Positions 17,256 through 22,818 of a DNA stretch of 22,818 nucleotides are shown here, one piece after another. The notes beneath the pieces are model-generated. The model did not search any database, was not told where the DNA came from, and worked only from the letters and a program-made list of their open reading frames with translations. Numbering within the stretch: the stretch's first letter is position 1; each line of letters begins with the position of its first letter. The position numbers were made by a program, and so were the translations under genes. Location: NCBI GenBank assembly GCA_039680575.1, contig JBDKSP010000091.1, positions 1-22,818 on the forward strand. The letters are read 5' to 3'. The DNA comes from Armatimonadota bacterium. Its GTDB lineage: Bacteria; Armatimonadota; UBA5829; DTLH01.

Positions 17256-18368
17256 ATGCGGGCGAGCAGATCAATCACATTCGGAATGATATTTATAGTC
17301 ATATTCGCGGCAATAGGAACGGCATCAGCCGATATGGTCGTGAAGATTAAGGACATTGCAAAGATAGAGGGCGTCCGAAGCAACCAGCTTGTAGGTTATG
17401 GACTCGTAGTCGGTCTCGATGGTTCCGGTGACAGCCAGCAAACGATGTTTACCACTCAATCCGTGGCAAATATGCTGAGAAGACTCGGAATCACGGTTTC
17501 GGACGACAGTCTAAAAGTAAAAAACGTAGCAGCCGTAATGATAACAGCGGAACTCCCGCCATTCGTTCGACCGGGCAGTAAAATCGACATAGTAGTCTCG
17601 TCGATCGGAGATGCAAAGAGCCTGCAGGGCGGCACGCTTCTTCAGACACCGCTTCAGGCCGCTAACGGCAGTGTTTATGCAGTTGCGCAAGGCAGTGTAT
17701 CCATCGGAGGGTTTACCGCCGGAGGCGGAGGAGACAGCGTAACGAAAAACCATACTACAGTAGGCCGGATACCGGATGGAGCAATTGTCGAACAGGAAGT
17801 CTCTACTACAATGACCGATGGCAATACGCTGAATGTGTTATTGAATAATCCTGATTTTACTACTGCAGTCCGCCTGGCGCGGTCTATCGAATCAAGACTG
17901 GGATCAGGTTCGGCAACCGCACTCGATGCCGGTACGGTCCAGGTCCACACTGGCGGCGTACAGAACGTCACCAGCATAATAGCTGATATCGAAGATTTAT
18001 CAGTCACGCAATCATCTGTAGCGAAAGTCATCGTAAACGAGCGGACAGGAACTGTGATTATAGGGGAATCAGTCCGTATCTCTCCGGTCGCTATCTCTCA
18101 TGGCAACCTGACAGTCGAAATTTCTACCGATTACGAGATTTCGCAGCCATCGTCGTTCTCTGAGACCGGCGATACGGTCGTAGTGCCGCAGAAATCGGTT
18201 AATGCGAATGAGGAAAAGGCCAAACTAGTCCATCTTAAGCCGGGTGTAACACTGGACGAGTTGGTACGCGCGCTGAATGAGCTCAAGGTGACGCCTCGCG
18301 ACATGGTGGCGATTCTCCAGGCGCTCAAACAGGCCGGAGCACTTCATGCAGAGCTGGAGATTATCTAA
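17256..18368 (+). CDS. flgI: Flagellar P-ring protein FlgI
   Basis: 370 aa; IKDIA.IEGVRSNQLVGYGLVVGLDGSGD, KNVAAVM, GDAKSLQGGTLL.TPL, NERTGTVI, ILQALKQAGALHAEL. Confidence 0.97.
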   Translation: MRASRSITFGMIFIVIFAAIGTASADMVVKIKDIAKIEGVRSNQLVGYGLVVGLDGSGDSQQTMFTTQSVANMLRRLGITVSDDSLKVKNVAAVMITAELPPFVRPGSKIDIVVSSIGDAKSLQGGTLLQTPLQAANGSVYAVAQGSVSIGGFTAGGGGDSVTKNHTTVGRIPDGAIVEQEVSTTMTDGNTLNVLLNNPDFTTAVRLARSIESRLGSGSATALDAGTVQVHTGGVQNVTSIIADIEDLSVTQSSVAKVIVNERTGTVIIGESVRISPVAISHGNLTVEISTDYEISQPSSFSETGDTVVVPQKSVNANEEKAKLVHLKPGVTLDELVRALNELKVTPRDMVAILQALKQAGALHAELEII

Positions 18369-18697
18369 TGCAGATCCAAACCGGACCAATCAGTACGAGC
18401 AGCCCTACAGCATCGAAAAACGATGCTGTAACCAGAGATGACAAGTCACTGAAGAATGCCTGCATGGAGTTCGAGTCCGTTCTCGTCCACCAGATGATCA
18501 AGAATATGAGGAATTCCGTGATAAAGTCTGACTTGTTCGGATCGAGTGAAAAAGAAGAAATGTTCCAGGATATGATGGATGAAGAAACCTCGAAAAACTT
18601 CTCCAAAACGGGCTCGATCGGGCTGGCGGATGTGATGTATCGACAGCTTATACAACAAAATACCGCTAAAGTCATTGACGAAACTGTCGATAGATAA
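18368..18697 (+). CDS. flgJ: Rod-binding (rod cap) protein FlgJ, single-domain form
   Basis: 109 aa; LKNACMEFESVLVHQMIKNMR, EEMFQDMMDEE, SIGLADVMYRQL; TAATG stop/start overlap with flgI. Confidence 0.88.
   Translation: MQIQTGPISTSSPTASKNDAVTRDDKSLKNACMEFESVLVHQMIKNMRNSVIKSDLFGSSEKEEMFQDMMDEETSKNFSKTGSIGLADVMYRQLIQQNTAKVIDETVDR
18667..18693 (+). promoter_or_regulatory. Sigma-28 promoter for flgM, inside the 3' end of flgJ
   Basis: TAAA (18667-18670)-N15-GTCGATAG (18686-18693), close to the TAAA-N15-GCCGATAA consensus. Confidence 0.75.
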
Positions 18698-18753
18698 TGT
18701 GGGGATCAACGACGAGTTGTTAGCCCGCTGATCGCTTGAAAGGGATGCATAAA

Positions 18754-19044
18754 GTGTACGTAAACAACGCACAAATCAATAAGGTTCTTGAACTGCACCT
18801 GCACAAAGTCTACTCGACTCAGGGTATATCCGCAGCAAGTTCAACAGGAAAACCCGATGAGCTTATTCTTTCTTCCAGGATGACTGAAATGCAGGATGTA
18901 AAACAGGCAATATCAGCCTTACCTGATATGAGGACCGATCTGATAAGCGGTCTCAGGTCGAAAATAGAATCAGGGACATACAATTCAGGCAGCCAGGATA
19001 TTGCTGACTGCATGATGAGATCGACAATCAAGAATTTGGGATAG
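18754..19044 (+). CDS. flgM: Anti-sigma-28 factor FlgM
   Basis: DELILSS, LPDMRTDLISGLRSKIESGTY..IADCM C-terminal FlgM signature; start uncertain (18736, 18745 or GTG 18754 behind AAGGGA). Confidence 0.9.
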   Translation: MYVNNAQINKVLELHLHKVYSTQGISAASSTGKPDELILSSRMTEMQDVKQAISALPDMRTDLISGLRSKIESGTYNSGSQDIADCMMRSTIKNLG

Positions 19045-19063
19045 TTATAAATCGAGGTTAGAT

Positions 19064-19531
19064 ATGGACGCCGAGAAAATCAGAGACGAGATAATACTGA
19101 TATCGAAGCACCGGCTGGACCGATGCAAAACGCTGGTATCACTGGCTCAGGAACAGCGAGAGCTACTGACCCAGAGACGTCATGACGAGTTGAACGACAA
19201 TGCGAAAAAGCATGAACAGCTCATTTCTGATCTGATGAAGCTCGACCGTCGTGAGAAGGCGTTACTTCGGGAAATCGACCGTTATCAATCCGATAGCAAC
19301 ACCACCGCAGCTTTCGACAAAAGACGCAATGCAGTAATTACCGAAACCAGCGCCGAAGCAAAGAAGCTGGGATCTATCATGCAGATAAACGCTGGGCTTC
19401 TCAATAATGCAATGAACTATGTGAGTTTTACCGTAGGACTGCTGTCCAAGATTGTCAGCAGCCGGCCATCCTATGATCCACGCGGCGAGAACATTACCAG
19501 TTCTGCTGTTGTGCTGGACTTGAGAGTCTGA
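19064..19531 (+). CDS. flgN: Flagellar export chaperone FlgN
   Basis: 155 aa helical protein between flgM and flgK; LAQEQRELL, INAGLLNNAMNYVSFT, terminal LDLRV. Confidence 0.82.
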   Translation: MDAEKIRDEIILISKHRLDRCKTLVSLAQEQRELLTQRRHDELNDNAKKHEQLISDLMKLDRREKALLREIDRYQSDSNTTAAFDKRRNAVITETSAEAKKLGSIMQINAGLLNNAMNYVSFTVGLLSKIVSSRPSYDPRGENITSSAVVLDLRV

Positions 19532-19548
19532 TTCGGGAGAAATATACC

Positions 19549-20940
19549 GTGTCGTTTTTTGGACTTGACATAGCTGTAAGCGGACTGAATGCGCAGCAAC
19601 TTGCGATGAATGTTACAGCACATAACATCACCAACGCCGGGACCGAAGGTTATCACCGGCAGGAAGCAGTGACAACCGCTGGAACACCGCTTGTCGGCGC
19701 ACTCACTCTGGCAAACGGCAGTGCAGCTCAACTGGGGACGGGAACTCTTGTAAGGACCATACGACGCCTGCAGTCTGAGTTCATAGACAATCAGATCAGG
19801 AGCGAAGAACAGCTTTCAGGCTCATGGAACTATAAGCAAAATGCTCTCAGCCAGGTGGAATCCTTCCTGGCGGAACCGGGAGACAGCGGACTCTCGACGT
19901 CATTCGATGAATTCTGGAACTCATGGAATGATCTGGCGACTTCACCGGAAAGCAGTTCATCGAAAATTGCCGTCGTCGAGGAAGGATCTTCTCTGGCTCT
20001 AATGATCAATAATCTCTGTGGGAATCTACGTGATCTCCAATACCAGGCAGACAGCGACATTGCGCTAAATACAAACGAAGTAAACCGGATAGCAAACGAG
20101 ATTTCGCATTTGAACGAGCAGATAGGAAAAGCAGCGGGAGACACGACAAATCAGCCATGCGATCTCCTGGATAAACGGGATGCGTTGCTCAAGGAATTAT
20201 CCCATATCATCAATTTCCAGACCAACAACGCGACCGGAGCGGACTTGGTAATCAGCATTGGAGGAAAAGCCCTCGTGCAGGGCGATAATGTCACGGAAGT
20301 CAGCATAACCGAAAGCGCTAACGGCTGGTCACAGCTAACCTGGTCCGATGATGGAGCTGATGTTCTAATAACAGGCGGAGAAATCCAGGGACAGATAGAA
20401 ACTCGCGATGATCTCATCGGAAGTTATATTGATACATTGAACAATATAACATCTACGCTCGTGACTGAAGTAAACAAACTATATTCAACGGGTACGACAT
20501 CAAGTGGAAATCCCGCCGGCAACTTCTTCACCGGCAGTGATGCATCCAGCATATCAGTCAATTCTGGTCTTATTACGACCCCTACCAATCTCACGGCTTC
20601 CTATACCGGGGATACGGGTTCCAATAAGCTGGCTCAGGATATAGCCGCACTTGCGGATAAAGATGTAATGGCAAACGGCGAATCGATCTATGAGTCCTAT
20701 ACATCCTTGGTCTCACAGATTGGCGGAAATTCTGAAGAAGCCCAGTCGCGAGCAGAGTTACATGCTCTTTCACTGGATGAACTCAACACACAGTCCGAAT
20801 CGGTCTCAGGCGTATCGCTGGACGAAGAGATGTCCGACATGGTTAAGTTCCAGCAGGCGTACAACGCTATCGCACGAGTGTTCACCACAGTCGACGAGAT
20901 GCTGGACACTATTATATCGATGGGTAAAGTCGGGAGGTAA
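19549..20940 (+). CDS. flgK: Flagellar hook-associated protein 1 FlgK
   Basis: 463 aa; GLDIAVSGLNAQQ..VTAHNITNA.TEGYHRQ, DLLDKRD, VSGVSLDEEM.DMVKFQQAYNA. Confidence 0.96.
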   Translation: MSFFGLDIAVSGLNAQQLAMNVTAHNITNAGTEGYHRQEAVTTAGTPLVGALTLANGSAAQLGTGTLVRTIRRLQSEFIDNQIRSEEQLSGSWNYKQNALSQVESFLAEPGDSGLSTSFDEFWNSWNDLATSPESSSSKIAVVEEGSSLALMINNLCGNLRDLQYQADSDIALNTNEVNRIANEISHLNEQIGKAAGDTTNQPCDLLDKRDALLKELSHIINFQTNNATGADLVISIGGKALVQGDNVTEVSITESANGWSQLTWSDDGADVLITGGEIQGQIETRDDLIGSYIDTLNNITSTLVTEVNKLYSTGTTSSGNPAGNFFTGSDASSISVNSGLITTPTNLTASYTGDTGSNKLAQDIAALADKDVMANGESIYESYTSLVSQIGGNSEEAQSRAELHALSLDELNTQSESVSGVSLDEEMSDMVKFQQAYNAIARVFTTVDEMLDTIISMGKVGR

Positions 20941-20944
20941 GTAA

Positions 20945-21856
20945 ATGCGGGTTACTCTCGGGATGACGAACGATAATATCAAGGCGAATTTGACGGGCGC
21001 TACTTCCCGCTTACTGGAAGCGCAGGACCAGGCTTCATCGGGGAAAAGAATAGACCGTCCAAGTGACGATGTCGCGGGCATCGGCAAATCGCTCAGCCTG
21101 CGGTCCACTATCTCATCGATCGAGCAGTATGAGGAAAACTCGACAATGGCTAATTCGCAGTTATCCACTGTGAGCAATACCCTGTCTTCCATTACCAAAA
21201 CGCTTCAGTCTGTGCGGTCGCTCGCATCGCAAGCAGCTAACAGCACTCTAAATGATGAGGCGCTCGCCAGCATAAAATGCCAGTTGGAAGGTATATCGGA
21301 TGAGCTTAAAGGATATGCTAATACTCAATATCTAAACAAGTATATCTTCGCTGGGTCCAAAACTACTACATCCCCTGTAGCGGAAACCGGAGGCACTCCA
21401 GCTTATGAGTATCAGGGTAATAATGAGCAGATAAAAGTGCAGACAGCCCCCGGCGCATATACTACCGTTAATGTCACCGGAGACCTGGTTTTCAATATGG
21501 GCGGAGCTGCTGTATCGGATGCACCCGATATCTTCACAATGATGGACTCGCTTATATCCGCAGTCGATTCGGGAGATATCTCCAGTATATCCGCGCAATT
21601 AGCTGACATAGACGCTAACCTAAACAATATAACTGGAATCAACACGCAAGTGGGAGCCCGGATCAAGCGGCTTGAATCCAATATCGAAGCTCTGGGCACT
21701 TCGAAGGATACAATGAAATCGATGCTGTCCGATGTAGAAGATGTGGACCTCGCCGAAGCTGCAATTAACCTTGCTACACTTCAAAACTGTTACGAAGTAG
21801 CCCTTTCTGTCGCCAGCAGCGTACTGAAGACATCACTTGCAGATTTTTTGAGTTAA
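20945..21856 (+). CDS. flgL: Flagellar hook-associated protein 3 FlgL
   Basis: 303 aa; MRVT, SSGKRIDRPSDD, ANTQY..KYIFAGSKT, YQGN, SDVEDVDLAEA, SLADFL. Confidence 0.95.
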   Translation: MRVTLGMTNDNIKANLTGATSRLLEAQDQASSGKRIDRPSDDVAGIGKSLSLRSTISSIEQYEENSTMANSQLSTVSNTLSSITKTLQSVRSLASQAANSTLNDEALASIKCQLEGISDELKGYANTQYLNKYIFAGSKTTTSPVAETGGTPAYEYQGNNEQIKVQTAPGAYTTVNVTGDLVFNMGGAAVSDAPDIFTMMDSLISAVDSGDISSISAQLADIDANLNNITGINTQVGARIKRLESNIEALGTSKDTMKSMLSDVEDVDLAEAAINLATLQNCYEVALSVASSVLKTSLADFLS

Positions 21857-21881
21857 TCTCTGCCTTGTAAAGGAGTAGAAA

Positions 21882-22346
21882 ATGCAGATCACAACTACCA
21901 GGTTTGGAAACATTGACGTAAATAATGAATCGATCATCCATATGGATGAGACGATGCTCGGTTTTGAACACTGCAATCGTTATGTATTGCTCCAGGATAG
22001 ACCTGATACGGCGTTCAAATGGATGCAGTCTATTGATGATCCGACAGTAGCTTTTCTGGTCATCAATCCGAACGATTTCTTCCCGGACTACGAGATCGAG
22101 CTGACTGATGAGCAAGCCGAATCACTCAAATTGAGCGATGCTCATGATTCGGTAATGTTCACCACAGTGACACTCGACCGAAAGTCCAATAGAGCGACGA
22201 CTAATCTGGTCGGACCTATCGTGATGAATGTGCAGACAATGCACGCATCGCAGATAGTATTACAGAATGATCGTTACACGACCAAACAGACAATATGGGA
22301 AAGATCCCAGTCTTGCACAGACCGTGAACTGGTTAAGGCAGCATAG
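21882..22346 (+). CDS. fliW: Flagellar assembly factor FliW (flagellin/CsrA partner-switch protein)
   Basis: 154 aa; MQITTTRFG, LGFE, FKWMQSIDDP..FLVINP..FPDY, TTNLVGPIVMN, QIVL; RBS AAGGAG. Confidence 0.95.
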   Translation: MQITTTRFGNIDVNNESIIHMDETMLGFEHCNRYVLLQDRPDTAFKWMQSIDDPTVAFLVINPNDFFPDYEIELTDEQAESLKLSDAHDSVMFTTVTLDRKSNRATTNLVGPIVMNVQTMHASQIVLQNDRYTTKQTIWERSQSCTDRELVKAA

Positions 22347-22388
22347 GATCAGGATCCATTATATGCATAAGGAGGTGGTCCTGACACT

Positions 22389-22538
22389 ATTTTGCAACTA
22401 TTACGCAACAAATTCGGATATTTTGGAATCTGGGGTTCCATTCAGGTTACCGCAGCTGTATTGGAATCACATCAAAACCAAGTAAAAATGCGGAATAATC
22501 AAGTCGATAAGGGCAGGGATGCCCCTGAGTTCGAATAG
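22389..22538 (+). pseudogene. Possible degenerate csrA remnant
   Basis: Open frame ILQLLRNKFGYFGIWGSIQVTAAVLESHQNQVKM.. loosely parallels the CsrA N-terminus; follows an otherwise unused AAGGAGGT (22369-22376) at the usual csrA position; no ATG start. Confidence 0.3.
22483..22510 (+). promoter_or_regulatory. Sigma-28 promoter for flagellin
   Basis: TAAA (22483-22486)-N16-GTCGATAA (22503-22510), 70 nt upstream of the flagellin ATG. Confidence 0.75.
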
Positions 22539-22580
22539 CATCCGAACTCGATAGGATCAAGGAGGAAGAATTAGAGGAAT

Positions 22581-22818
22581 ATGGGACTACGAATTAATCT
22601 TAACGCATCAGCGCTCAACGCGCACAGACAGTTGCAGAACACCGATTCTGCAATGTCCTCATCAATCGAGAGATTGAGCTCAGGCTTCAGGATCAACCGT
22701 GCAGCGGATGACCCTGCAGGGCTTGCGATTTCCGAGAACTTGAGAGCTCAGATCTCAGGCCTTGGCCAGGCTTCATCTAACTCGAGTGATGCAGTAAACC
22801 TTATAAAGACTGCGGAAG
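22581..22818 (+). CDS. fliC: Flagellin, 5' part (runs off the window end; absent from the supplied ORF track)
   Basis: Manual translation MGLRINLNASALNAHRQLQNTDSAMSSSIERLSSGFRINRAADDPAGLAISENLRAQISGLGQASSNSSDAVNLIKTAE matches the flagellin N-terminal helical domain. Confidence 0.97.
   Translation, partial: MGLRINLNASALNAHRQLQNTDSAMSSSIERLSSGFRINRAADDPAGLAISENLRAQISGLGQASSNSSDAVNLIKTAE

Noticed and set aside
22267..22485. 72-aa ORF overlapping the fliW end, containing VVLT after AAGGAG
   Set aside because: Starts inside fliW without an RBS; only the 4-residue VVLT resembles CsrA, and the better CsrA-like signal is in another frame
1..22818. CRISPR arrays, tRNA/rRNA, IS elements, prophage or defence genes
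   Set aside because: No regularly spaced repeats, cloverleaf-like segments or transposase, integrase or nuclease motifs seen; nearly all sequence is explained by the listed CDSs

Overview
Bacterial chromosomal window with three blocks and no rRNA, tRNA, CRISPR array or mobile element that I could see. (1) 135-7986: two convergent units meeting at a hairpin terminator. The + strand has a Gfo/Idh/MocA dehydrogenase and a class-III aminotransferase. The - strand has an XRE-cupin regulator, a xylose-isomerase-like enzyme, a DegT-family aminotransferase, a Hyi-type isomerase and a non-pyrrolysine MttB-family methyltransferase. Together these look like an uncharacterised pathway for a (methylated) amino-sugar or aminocyclitol. 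(2) 8283-13994: a polysaccharide pyruvyl-transferase-family gene, a PaaK/CapK-like adenylating ligase and three overlapping, diverged paralogues of one uncharacterised GNAT/FemAB-like family, possibly a surface-glycan acylation module. (3) 14059-end: flagellar genes flgF-flgG-flgA-flgH-flgI-flgJ-flgM-flgN-flgK-flgL-fliW and the 5' end of flagellin. This block has three sigma-28-like promoters and a possible decayed csrA at the usual fliW-csrA-flagellin position. All family calls come from motif recognition by eye, not database searches.
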